Assembly (NCBI GenBank): GCA_036337375.1
Contig: JAYZEI010000204.1
Location: 1-56,219, forward strand
Length of the DNA stretch: 56,219 nucleotides
Reading direction: 5' to 3'
Origin: Planctomycetota bacterium
GTDB lineage: Bacteria > Planctomycetota > Planctomycetia > Pirellulales > UBA7805
Below are positions 38,397 to 47,573 of this stretch, piece after piece. The stretch's first letter is position 1; each line of letters begins with the position of its first letter. Made by a program: the position numbers and the translations under genes. The notes under the pieces were generated by a model that saw only the letters and a list, made by a program, of their open reading frames with translations, did not search any database and was not told the origin of the DNA.

Positions 38397-40397
38397 CTAT
38401 GCCGGTTCGCGGGTGACGCGGCAACCGGGCAGAGACTCCAGCAAGACACGGCCGTACGGTTTGGTTTGAATTCGTGGATCGAGGATCACCACGATGCCGG
38501 AATCGGTCTGCGTACGGATCAAACGGCCAAACCCCTGCTTCAATTTTAGTGCCGCTTCAGGCAGTTGGTAATCGACAAACGGATTTCCGCCGGCCGCACG
38601 AATGGCCTCCAACCGCGCTTCGTGTAGCGGTTCGTCCGGAACGCGAAACGGCAGCTTGGTAATGATCACATTTGCCAGCGCATCGCCGGGCACATCGACG
38701 CCTTGCCAAAAACTATCGGTCCCCAACAGAACCGAACGGGGATTGTCCTTAAAGCGATCGAGCATCTGCGAGCGGGGCAGACCGTCGGCTTGGGAGAGCA
38801 GGGCAATGTTTTTTTCGGCTAGCCAGGGAGTCAACTCGGCCGCGACGCGGCGCATCAGCTCATAACTTGTGAACAAAACGAATGCGTGCCCGTCCGTTCG
38901 GTCGACATATCGCTGAACAAGCGGCGCAAGCATACTTTCGAAGTGTTCGCGGTCGTCTGTGGGCTCGGCGATTCCCTGCGGCAGAATCAGTTCGACCTGC
39001 CTTTCGAAATCAAACGGGCTGCCAAGCTGCAACTGCTCGGCTTGCGTCAGACCGATGCGCGATTGGAAGAAATCGAACGATCGACGGCCGCCCACGGCCA
39101 ACGTTGCGCTGGTCATGACGACGGTCGGAACCTTCTCAAAAAGTTCCGCCCGCAACGTCGGGCCCACGTCGACCGGCGCGGCGGCCAGCGTAATCCGCGG
39201 CAGCCCGCCTCGCAAAAACCTCGATTCAATCCAATAAACGTGGCCGTCGTCCTGCTGCATCCGCCATTGTTCGATCGAACCGGCGAGAACCTGCAGCCGC
39301 TCGGCCGCCGACATGAAGTCCTGGCGCTGGACTTCGTCGGAAAGTTTGCCGCCGGCCTTCCGCACTTTTTGCGACAGTGCCAACAGCGACGGGCTGAGTG
39401 CATTTGACACCGGTTCGGCATCGTCCACCCGTCCGTTTTCCCGCGCGTGACTGATCAGATACGTGTACACGTCCTGAAAAAATGTTTCTGCGTCGTAGCG
39501 GCACTGCTGTACCGCTTTTTCGGCCTCGGCGGCTTCGTGATGAACCAGCAGTCCTTTATTTGTGCGGTCGTTGTAAAGCTTGTTCAGAGTGTAATCGATC
39601 GCGCCGGACGTGATTTTCATTCCCAGATGATCGCCGGCCACGCTTTCCATCGTGTGCGCTTCGTCAAATATGACCGTGTCATAATCGGGCAAAAGACTAA
39701 CACCCACGCGGCGCAGTGCCAGATCACTGAAAAACAGTGCGTGGTTGACGATCAGGATCTGGGCATTGCGGACGCGGCGACGCGCTCGATAGTAAAAGCA
39801 CTTTTCGTAAGTCGGACAGTTGCGGCCCATGCAATTGCCGCTATCGCTGGCGATCTCGTCCCAGACATTTCTGCCGGGACGATTTTTCAGGTCCGCCCGC
39901 GAACCGTCGGCCGTCTGTTTCGCCCACGCGGCGAGTTGCCGCAGTTGCCGGAACTCGGTTTCGTCATGAAACAGTGAACCGGCTCGTACCTGGGCCGCGT
40001 GCAGGCGACGCAGACTTAGATAGTTGCCACGGCCCTTGGCCAGCACCGCTGTGAATTCGCGGGGGATAATACTGTTAAGAAACGGAATATCTTTATCGAG
40101 CAACTGCTCTTGCAAGCTGATCGTGTGCGTCGAGATCAAAATCCGCCTGGCACGATCGTTGGACTCCGTACCGGCCGCTGCGGAGCCCGGATCGGTTACC
40201 GCCAGAATCGCCGGGACCAGATAGGCAAAACTTTTGCCGACGCCGGTACCAGCCTCAACGATCAGATGTTGTTTTTGCTCGATCGCGCGCGCGACGGCGG
40301 CGGCCATTTCGAGTTGCTGAGGCCGCTGCTCGTATCCGTCCAACCGCGCGGCAATGCGCCCTTCGGAACCGAGAATCTCGGCTGTGGTTATCGGCAT
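38397..40397 (-). CDS. dinG: DinG/XPD (Rad3)-family ATP-dependent DNA helicase with Fe-S cluster domain
   Basis: Walker A EAGTGVGKSFAYLVPA. Four cysteines for the Fe-S cluster (CMGRNCPTYEKCFYY). DEAH-like VIFDEAH. C-terminal helicase motifs ...TSATL...GRLIR. Length 666 aa. Confidence 0.85.
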   Translation of the reverse strand: MPITTAEILGSEGRIAARLDGYEQRPQQLEMAAAVARAIEQKQHLIVEAGTGVGKSFAYLVPAILAVTDPGSAAAGTESNDRARRILISTHTISLQEQLLDKDIPFLNSIIPREFTAVLAKGRGNYLSLRRLHAAQVRAGSLFHDETEFRQLRQLAAWAKQTADGSRADLKNRPGRNVWDEIASDSGNCMGRNCPTYEKCFYYRARRRVRNAQILIVNHALFFSDLALRRVGVSLLPDYDTVIFDEAHTMESVAGDHLGMKITSGAIDYTLNKLYNDRTNKGLLVHHEAAEAEKAVQQCRYDAETFFQDVYTYLISHARENGRVDDAEPVSNALSPSLLALSQKVRKAGGKLSDEVQRQDFMSAAERLQVLAGSIEQWRMQQDDGHVYWIESRFLRGGLPRITLAAAPVDVGPTLRAELFEKVPTVVMTSATLAVGGRRSFDFFQSRIGLTQAEQLQLGSPFDFERQVELILPQGIAEPTDDREHFESMLAPLVQRYVDRTDGHAFVLFTSYELMRRVAAELTPWLAEKNIALLSQADGLPRSQMLDRFKDNPRSVLLGTDSFWQGVDVPGDALANVIITKLPFRVPDEPLHEARLEAIRAAGGNPFVDYQLPEAALKLKQGFGRLIRTQTDSGIVVILDPRIQTKPYGRVLLESLPGCRVTREPA

Positions 40398-40503
40398 AGC
40401 TTCCTATAATAATGATGGAGACTCGCGGTTGCTGAAAGTGTAGCCGCCGTCGTTATCCCGTCTAGACGGTTGTGGCCCGCCGTCAAACAGGAAGCAACTA
40501 ACC

Positions 40504-41199
40504 ATGCCGATTGAATTTTCGTGCAGTCAATGCCAGCGAACGCTTCGCGTCCCGGATGACTCCGCCGGCCGGGGGGCCCGCTGTCCTCAATGCGGGATGA
40601 TCTCGACGGTCCCCTCGCCCGCACCGGCACCGCCCGAATTCCCGCAGCCCATCGCGCCGCCGTCAACGCAAACAGACCACGAAAATCCATACTCGACGCC
40701 CTATAGCGACGCGCAGCCGTTCGCCACCGACCATGCGGCAGAACACGCGGACTATCGGAATCCAGCGACCTGGGCGACACTTGGTGAGCGGCTTGGTGCC
40801 GCGATCTTGGATGGTCTGATCGCTTCCGCCGCGGCACTACCGGGGCTCGGCGTCTGGTTGGCGGGGCTCGGCGGCGGCAATGATGCTGTCTTGATTCTGG
40901 GGTTTTTTATCGCGATCTGTGGGGTACTGGCTGTCGCGGGTTACCAGTGGTATTTGATCAGCACGACCGGCCAGTCGATCGGCAAGAAAGTCGTCGGTAC
41001 GCGGATTGTCGACTTCGACAATGGCAGTAATCCCGGGTTTGTCAGAGCTGTCATTCTTCGCCTTTGGGTACCCGGGGCAATCGGCGGCGTTCCAGGGATT
41101 GGCGGGTGCTTCGGTCTCATTAACATTCTTTGGATTTTCGGTTCCGAGCGCCGATGTTTGCACGACCTGATTGCAAACACACGGGTTATTCGCGACTAA
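40504..41199 (+). CDS. RDD-family membrane protein with N-terminal zinc-ribbon
   Basis: CSQCQRTL...CPQCG zinc ribbon, a Pro-rich linker, then the RDD domain (RLGAAILDGLI...GQSIGKKVVGTRIV...RRCLHDLIANTRVI). Confidence 0.75.
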   Translation: MPIEFSCSQCQRTLRVPDDSAGRGARCPQCGMISTVPSPAPAPPEFPQPIAPPSTQTDHENPYSTPYSDAQPFATDHAAEHADYRNPATWATLGERLGAAILDGLIASAAALPGLGVWLAGLGGGNDAVLILGFFIAICGVLAVAGYQWYLISTTGQSIGKKVVGTRIVDFDNGSNPGFVRAVILRLWVPGAIGGVPGIGGCFGLINILWIFGSERRCLHDLIANTRVIRD

Positions 41200-41233
41200 A
41201 TCGCGCGGAAAAGAAATAACGAACCCGCCCGTG

Positions 41234-42103
41234 CTAGCGGGGCTTTTGCGCGATGACGCCTTCATCCGGACTGCTGGCGGTCGCGTAGAGTTTTTTCGGA
41301 ATCCGCCCCGCCTGATAGGCGAGTCGCCCGGATCGGCAGGCGGCCCGCATGGCCACGGCCATTTTCAACGGATCCGCGGCGTGCGCGATGCCGGTGTTGA
41401 GCAGCACGCCGTCGACGCCCAACTCCATCGCAATCGTTACATCGCTGGCCGTACCGACGCCCGCATCGACGATCACCGGATAATCGGGATCGTCCTCTTT
41501 GAGATACTCGAGACAAATACGAATGTTATTCGGATTCAACACTCCCTGGCCGGAGCCGATCGGGCTGCCCGCCGGCATCACGCTGGCTGCGCCGGCGTCT
41601 TTCAGCCGACGCGCAATCACCGGATCGTCGGTTGTATAACACAACACTTGAAAGCCGTCGTCAATCAAACGCCTGGTCGCTTCGAGCGTCGCTACCGGAT
41701 CGGGCAACAATGTTTTATTGTCGGCCAAGACTTCTAATTTCACCCAACTTGCACCCGGGTTTTCCAGGCCCTCGAGAATTTCGCGGCCCAGCCGCGCCGT
41801 CCGTACGGCGTCGTCGGCTGTAAAGCAGCCCGCCGTATTCGGCAGCAGAATGAGCCGATTTGTATCGATATAATTGAGCAGATTATTGCCCGCCGAGTCA
41901 ATCAAACGATCGCGGCGGACCGCTACGGTGATGCAATCGGTACCGGACAGCTCCAAAGCACCGCGCATCAGCTCGTGATTGGCATATTTTCCCGTTCCGA
42001 CAATCAGACGACTGCCTAAAGAGTGCTCGCCTATTTGGAGTGGACCGTCGTCACACTCTACCGTCGTCTCGAATTTTTCTTGTTGTTCCGCCATTGAAAT
42101 CAT
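41234..42103 (-). CDS. thiG: Thiazole synthase
   Basis: [19 protein letters not shown]..., the Schiff-base Lys region and C-terminal ...[14 protein letters not shown]. The start is uncertain and could be either the ATG at 42103 or the one at 42094. Confidence 0.9.
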   Translation of the reverse strand: MISMAEQQEKFETTVECDDGPLQIGEHSLGSRLIVGTGKYANHELMRGALELSGTDCITVAVRRDRLIDSAGNNLLNYIDTNRLILLPNTAGCFTADDAVRTARLGREILEGLENPGASWVKLEVLADNKTLLPDPVATLEATRRLIDDGFQVLCYTTDDPVIARRLKDAGAASVMPAGSPIGSGQGVLNPNNIRICLEYLKEDDPDYPVIVDAGVGTASDVTIAMELGVDGVLLNTGIAHAADPLKMAVAMRAACRSGRLAYQAGRIPKKLYATASSPDEGVIAQKPR

Positions 42104-42132
42104 TCGGTTTTGGATACTTCGTCGCTGCCGGT

Positions 42133-42339
42133 CTATCCGCCCCCGACGAGAGTAACGACCTCGACGCAATCTCCTGAAGCAAGCATTCTCGCCGGATGTT
42201 GATGACGGGGAACCAGTTCCAAATTGACTTCGACCGCCACTTGTCGGGACTGGACCTGCAGCATTTCAAGCAGGTCCGTAACTGAAGCATCCTCATCAAG
42301 TTCGCGTGCTTCTCCGTTAAGGGTGATTTTCACCGTCAA
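42133..42339 (-). CDS. thiS: Sulfur-carrier protein ThiS
   Basis: 68 aa and ends in [29 protein letters not shown]...VAVEVN is ThiS-like. The gene lies directly upstream of thiG. Confidence 0.85.
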   Translation of the reverse strand: MTVKITLNGEARELDEDASVTDLLEMLQVQSRQVAVEVNLELVPRHQHPARMLASGDCVEVVTLVGGG

Positions 42340-42341
42340 GC

Positions 42342-42917
42342 CTATTCCGCCCCGGCTTGGTTCTTGCGTAATTCGATCGAGCCGGCTTTCACAAACTTGC
42401 CCTGAAACGCTTTTGTCGTTTTCGCTGAACGCAGGTTAGCCGGAATTCTAAAGGCATAACTATTGAGCCTCCCGGAAGTAAGCTCGATCACATAAACCAC
42501 CGACGAAGCATATTTTGACGCTCCGCCGCCAGCTCCCTGGACGATGTTCGCTCTGCCGGTGCCAATCATGTATTTGCCATTTTTTATCTGGCCAAAGTCA
42601 CCGGAGATATCCGTGCTGCACTCATACATGAATGACGGCTGTCGCGGATTTTGTATGGCGGCTTTCAGTGTTCCCGTTAGGGTGTCCAGAAAAAACACGC
42701 CCTCCAAATCGTTCTCGACAGGTCCCGAGGCAAAGGCATAGCCATCCTGCCCATAGGCAGCAGCGGCATTCACGGGGATTTCAAAGGGTAATTCGAGTTG
42801 CTGGGAGGACGAGCCGACGAACACCCCAATGACCACGCCGGCGGCCAAAGCAACTGACGTCAGTGAGATTCCGCACAATACGAGAGTCTTACGTCCAACG
42901 AGGTTTGAATCTGCCAT
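42342..42917 (-). CDS. Secreted or membrane-anchored protein of unknown function (paralog A), apparently co-transcribed with thiSG
   Basis: N-terminal hydrophobic segment. Conserved core GPVENDLEGVFFLDTLTGTLKAAIQNPR, shared with the gene at 43159-43686. Its stop lies 2 nt from the thiS start. Confidence 0.5.
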   Translation of the reverse strand: MADSNLVGRKTLVLCGISLTSVALAAGVVIGVFVGSSSQQLELPFEIPVNAAAAYGQDGYAFASGPVENDLEGVFFLDTLTGTLKAAIQNPRQPSFMYECSTDISGDFGQIKNGKYMIGTGRANIVQGAGGGASKYASSVVYVIELTSGRLNSYAFRIPANLRSAKTTKAFQGKFVKAGSIELRKNQAGAE

Positions 42918-43158
42918 GCCACACCTCCGAATCAGGATTGATTTTGAAATGCCTCTTCGTTCGCATCAAGATGCAGGCCGCCGATTCGCCGCCTACAGGC
43001 CCGTCCATGCTACAGTCTTTGACCAAGTTTTGCTACCGTGCGTCGCTGCGCGGTTGACCGCAATCGTACGGCAAACTCAGATTCGCGCCGCCGTATGTTT
43101 GTTCGGTCACCCGTTCGCCACCGGAGAGGGACGCAGATGGTCTGGCTCATCTGGATTT

Positions 43159-43686
43159 TTATGGATCGGACGGCTGAGATTTTTCGCGCAGTTCCAATTT
43201 ATCGAACGGCGTAATGTCGCCAACGATCGGCTGTCTGGCCGGCACATTGCGGAGGTTCTGCGGCAATTTAATGCCATATGCCGCGACGACTCCACTATTC
43301 AATTCCGTCACGTAAATCGCCGAAGCCGCCCATCGCCACGTAACACCCGGCTCTGGCGACAGATTTGCCACACCGGTCGCCATCAAAAAGCGTTGTCCGG
43401 ATCGTGCCTCGCCCTTCGGGGAGAAGTCCTCATTGATCTTGCGGCTGAAGACCGCGACGAACTGCTTCGTCCGCGGATTCAGGGCGACGGCTTTCAATTC
43501 ACCGGTCAACGAATCAAAGAAAAAAAAGCCTTCCAGATCGCGGTCGATCGGTCCCGTCGCGGTCGTGTACCCGCTCGCCTCACTAACACCGGCCGCAGCG
43601 GCCGACGGTGCAGAAGATGCTCCGAAACTAAGAATGAGAACTACGCCGACGATGTGTGACCGGCGCTGCGAAGTCGTGTGCAACAT
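43159..43686 (-). CDS. Secreted or membrane-anchored protein of unknown function (paralog B)
   Basis: Signal/TM segment plus GPIDRDLEGFFFFDSLTGELKAVALNPR. Collinear with paralog A, including the distal ...GVANL.../...YV.EL.SG.. regions. Confidence 0.5.
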   Translation of the reverse strand: MLHTTSQRRSHIVGVVLILSFGASSAPSAAAAGVSEASGYTTATGPIDRDLEGFFFFDSLTGELKAVALNPRTKQFVAVFSRKINEDFSPKGEARSGQRFLMATGVANLSPEPGVTWRWAASAIYVTELNSGVVAAYGIKLPQNLRNVPARQPIVGDITPFDKLELREKSQPSDP

Positions 43687-43780
43687 GGCTCGTCTCCTCC
43701 TTATACAGCAGATTTGTTAAAGCGGGTTTATTGTATGCAACAGCTAGGCTGGCGGCCAAAACTTTGTTTCGCGCAGCGCC

Positions 43781-43836
43781 GGGCCGAAGTCTCCGGGCCG
43801 AAGTCTCCGGGTCGAAGTCTCCGGGTCGAAGTCTCC
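43781..43836. repeat. Four tandem copies of a 14-nt unit GGG(C/T)CGAAGTCTCC in the intergenic region upstream of paralog B
   Basis: Read directly from the sequence: gggccgaagtctcc gggccgaagtctcc gggtcgaagtctcc gggtcgaagtctcc. Confidence 0.8.
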
Positions 43837-43908
43837 GACCTTCCGGTAGCGATGTACCGTGATTGTTGAGCCGACACCGACGAAGAGGACACAACCCGCA
43901 GGCGGACG

Positions 43909-45099
43909 TTAGTTGACGTCGCTGAGTTTCACCGGCGACCGCTCGCTGTCGGCCGTCATGACGGCCGCCAACACGCGCTGCACCTTATAGGCGTCAGCAA
44001 AGTCGGGCATCGGCACGACCGGCTCCTGGCCGCCGATCATGCCGAAAATATCGGCCGCTTGATTGATGAAGCTGTGCTCGTAGCCAAGAATATGTGCGAC
44101 GGGCCACCAAGCGCCGGCGTAAGGATGACTGGCGTTGCCGTTGGTGACATTGATTGTGGACCAGCCCTGCAATTCTTCCGGCAGCGTCGCGTCGTACCAA
44201 TCCAGTTCGTTCATCCGCTCGAAATTGAAACGGATGGCACCTTTTTCGCCGTGAATTTCGATACGGTTTGTGTTCTTGTATCCGGTCGAAAGCCGGGTTG
44301 CTTCGAAGGTCGCCAGCGCACCGCTTTGCATGCGGGCGATAAACAGCACGATGTCGTCCACCGTACTCGCGCCGGTCTTTTGCCCCGTTTCCGCTCCGCG
44401 GCCGGAAATTTCACCTCCGCCGCCCTCCAGAATCACACGTTCTTTAATGACCGTCTCCATCTTTGCGCCGACAATTTCGTCGACTTCGTCGCCCGTTATA
44501 AATCGCGCCGTGTCGATTGTGTGGGCGCACAGGTCACCCAGTGAGCCGCTACCCGCAACCTCACCTTGAAACCGCCACATTAGGGGCGTGTCCGGACCGG
44601 CCCAATCCTGGAGGTAGCAACCGCGAATCTGGTAGATGCGGCCAAGTTTTCCCTGCTGACAAATCTGATGCGCCAGCGCGACGGCAGGGCAACGGCGATA
44701 GTTGTACCAAACGAATGTTTGACCGTCGGCCCTTTCGGCAGCCTCGGCCATTTGACGCGCGCCGTCGAGCGTATTAGCCAAGGGCTTTTCGCAGGCGACG
44801 TGCTTGCCGGCCTCAAGCGCGGCGATCGAGTGTTCGGCGTGGACATTGTTGGGCGTAACGACGTCGACCAAGTCAATTTCGTCGCTGCTGATGGCCGCTT
44901 TCCAGTCGGTCGTCGCATTGTGCCAGCCCCAGCGTCCGGCGAATTCTTGCAATTCTCCCTGGTTGCGCGCCGCGATCGTGTGCATGACGGGCATCGTCGG
45001 CAAATCAAAAAACTTGGCCACTTTCAAATACGCATTCGAGTGCGCGCGGCCCATGAATTTGGTCCCCATCAGCGCGATATTGCAAGTTTCACTTGGCAT
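43909..45099 (-). CDS. Gfo/Idh/MocA family oxidoreductase
   Basis: IALMGTKFMGRAHSNAY (Rossmann), HVACEKPLA (EKP motif). Confidence 0.85.
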   Translation of the reverse strand: MPSETCNIALMGTKFMGRAHSNAYLKVAKFFDLPTMPVMHTIAARNQGELQEFAGRWGWHNATTDWKAAISSDEIDLVDVVTPNNVHAEHSIAALEAGKHVACEKPLANTLDGARQMAEAAERADGQTFVWYNYRRCPAVALAHQICQQGKLGRIYQIRGCYLQDWAGPDTPLMWRFQGEVAGSGSLGDLCAHTIDTARFITGDEVDEIVGAKMETVIKERVILEGGGGEISGRGAETGQKTGASTVDDIVLFIARMQSGALATFEATRLSTGYKNTNRIEIHGEKGAIRFNFERMNELDWYDATLPEELQGWSTINVTNGNASHPYAGAWWPVAHILGYEHSFINQAADIFGMIGGQEPVVPMPDFADAYKVQRVLAAVMTADSERSPVKLSDVN

Positions 45100-45145
45100 G
45101 CTAATCTCCCTCATGTTGATCCCGTTTAGCGGCTCGCTAAACGAA

Positions 45146-46303
45146 TTAGTATTTCACACCGACCCAACTCTGCGATTTGCTGCTGGCCAGCACCGCGTCG
45201 CAAATGGCCATCTCGTTGTGTCCATCCTCGAAAGTGCTCCACGTCGGTTCATCCGGCATTTCACCGCTGGCGACGGCAGCATAAACATTTCGAAACAGGT
45301 TTTTCGGTCCGTCCGGATATCCTTCGGGATGCCCGCCCGGGTAATGCGCGTACGCGCGGGCGGCAGGATGCAACAGCGACGGATCCTTGGCCAATATCTC
45401 GTTTGCCTTGTCGCGATGGCCAATCCACATTTCGTTCGGCCGTTCCTGATCCCAGGCCAGCGCGCACTTTGATCCGTCGATTTCAAAAAAAGCGCGATTC
45501 TTGCGGCCGGCCGCTACCTGGCTGACCGTAAACACGCCGTGCGCACCGTTGGAGAGTTCGAACAATACCGACGCATAATCTTCCGTGTTGATCTCTTGCG
45601 GTTCGTAATCTTCCGGCTGCAGCACCTTACCCGTATAAGTTTCGACTTCCTTCTTCGGCTTCATTCGGGTCTTGTGGACGGTGCGGAAGTCGGCAAATAC
45701 CTTTGTAATCGTCAGTCCTGTGATGAACTGCACCAAATCGCACCAGTGGCTACCGACGTCCGCCACCGCACGACTGTCGCCCGAAAGCTCGGGAACCAGA
45801 CGCCAGTTCCAGTCCGTCGCCAGGTACAGCCAGTCCTGCAAATACGATCCGTGGATTGCAAATACATCGCCAACTTCTCCCGCCTTGACCATTTCACGTG
45901 CATGCTGCACCAATGGATAGTAGCGGTAGTTAAACGAAATGCCGTGAATCAGCCCAGACTCGCGCACGATGCGTACCAGCTCGCCGCTTTCCTCAGAGTT
46001 CATCGCCAGCGGTTTTTCCGAAATGATATGTTTGCCGGCCGCGATGATATTTTTGTTGACCTGGAAGTGTAGATGGTTCGGCGTGCAATTGTGCACGACC
46101 TGGACATCCCCGTCGGCGAGCAGTTCCTGATAACTGCCGTAAGCTTTCGGAATGCAAAGCAACTCGGCTTTTTCTTCGGCGAGTTGCTGGTTCGCTTCTG
46201 CAATCGCGACAAATTCAACATTTCCCAGCCGCCGAGCCGCCTCGATGTGGGCGGGACCGATGAATCCGGTACCAATAATCCCGGCTTTGATTCTCTGTGG
46301 CAT
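45146..46303 (-). CDS. Gfo/Idh/MocA family oxidoreductase
   Basis: KAGIIGTGFIGPAHIEAARRLG, HIISEKPLA. Start moved to the ATG at 46301-46303 (MPQRIKAG). Confidence 0.85.
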   Translation of the reverse strand: MPQRIKAGIIGTGFIGPAHIEAARRLGNVEFVAIAEANQQLAEEKAELLCIPKAYGSYQELLADGDVQVVHNCTPNHLHFQVNKNIIAAGKHIISEKPLAMNSEESGELVRIVRESGLIHGISFNYRYYPLVQHAREMVKAGEVGDVFAIHGSYLQDWLYLATDWNWRLVPELSGDSRAVADVGSHWCDLVQFITGLTITKVFADFRTVHKTRMKPKKEVETYTGKVLQPEDYEPQEINTEDYASVLFELSNGAHGVFTVSQVAAGRKNRAFFEIDGSKCALAWDQERPNEMWIGHRDKANEILAKDPSLLHPAARAYAHYPGGHPEGYPDGPKNLFRNVYAAVASGEMPDEPTWSTFEDGHNEMAICDAVLASSKSQSWVGVKY

Positions 46304-46643
46304 TGCGTGCCCCCTTTGTCGTGAGAAATTGCTCTGCAGGGCAGAAGATTCTAGCTTTCCTCGCGGTGGGTAAGCAACCGGCCACACAACGGTTCGCCCA
46401 AACCCTCCGCGAGCGACGAGATGGTACCGTCTTCGCCCGCGCACCGGGTTACTGCCCGATCATCAAATGACTCTTCAGGTTAACGCAGCATGCCCATGTG
46501 GCAACCGCGTTTGAAAACAGCCCTGCTCGGCAGAAAGCAACTGCGCCGTTTAAGTGATTGGGCCATTCCAGCGGGTCGTTGCCGATCGGCGTCTCGGCAT
46601 CGATCTGGCATTCGACGAGTACCCGCCTGGGAATCACATAACA

Positions 46644-47333
46644 TTAAGATTTGGTATTTGCTTCCCGCAGACGCCCCCCGTCGAGTTCGAATCGCCGTTC
46701 CATTCTCCTCGCCAGTTCGTCACTATGCGTCACAGCGATTAACATCGATTTTTCGCGCTGCTGCAATTCGAGTAGCATCTCGGCAACGCCCGCCGCCGCA
46801 GTATGATCCAAATTTCCGGTAGGCTCGTCAGCCAGCAACAAAACGGGCGATTGAATCAGCGCTCGCGCGATCGCGACCCGCTGTCGTTCGCCACCGGAAA
46901 GCTCGGCAGGGCGGTGATCGAGTCGTTCCGACAGCCCCACCTGCGCGAGCAGGTCACGAGCCCGCTCGACGGTCGACGCGGCCGGCGTGCCGTTGGCAAT
47001 GGTGGGCAGCAGGACGTTCTCCAGTGCGTTGCACTGGCCGAGCAGGTGATGATCCTGAAACACAAAGCCGATTTTATGATTTCGAAAATCGGCCAGTTGC
47101 CGTTCGTCCAACTGAAACGGATCTTTACCGTCCAGTTGCACGTTCCCCTCTGTCGGACGATCAAGCGTGCCGAGGATATGCAGCAGCGTGCTCTTTCCAG
47201 AACCGCTAGGTCCGACGATCGCCAGACTCTGGCCCGCCGACAAGTTCAACGACACGTCCCGTAATACACACAACGGTTCGCCGCGCGTTGGAAAATTCTT
47301 TGAGACGTTACTGACATCCAAATCCGCCATCAT
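46644..47333 (-). CDS. ABC transporter ATP-binding protein (LolD/MacB-type)
   Basis: Walker A GPSGSGKST, the Q-loop, signature LSGGERQRV, Walker B LLLADEPTGNLD and the H-loop VTHS. No permease gene lies adjacent in the window. Confidence 0.88.
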   Translation of the reverse strand: MMADLDVSNVSKNFPTRGEPLCVLRDVSLNLSAGQSLAIVGPSGSGKSTLLHILGTLDRPTEGNVQLDGKDPFQLDERQLADFRNHKIGFVFQDHHLLGQCNALENVLLPTIANGTPAASTVERARDLLAQVGLSERLDHRPAELSGGERQRVAIARALIQSPVLLLADEPTGNLDHTAAAGVAEMLLELQQREKSMLIAVTHSDELARRMERRFELDGGRLREANTKS

Positions 47334-47573
47334 CCCCTGGGTATACCAACATCTCAACGATGTTAATACCACCTGCGACTCCGCTTTTTTCGACTCCCGT
47401 CGCCACCCCGACAAGCCGTCCCTACGAGAATCCGAAAAAGATAACTACAAACAGAAATGATATGGCTTTCCGGCCTCCGCGATTTCGCAATCTCGGCGGC
47501 GACTTATCTCCAATTGCGAAAGGCAATGCTGCCTGCAGATACGAAATCGCTGTCCCCGTCCGCCGGTCTTGGT

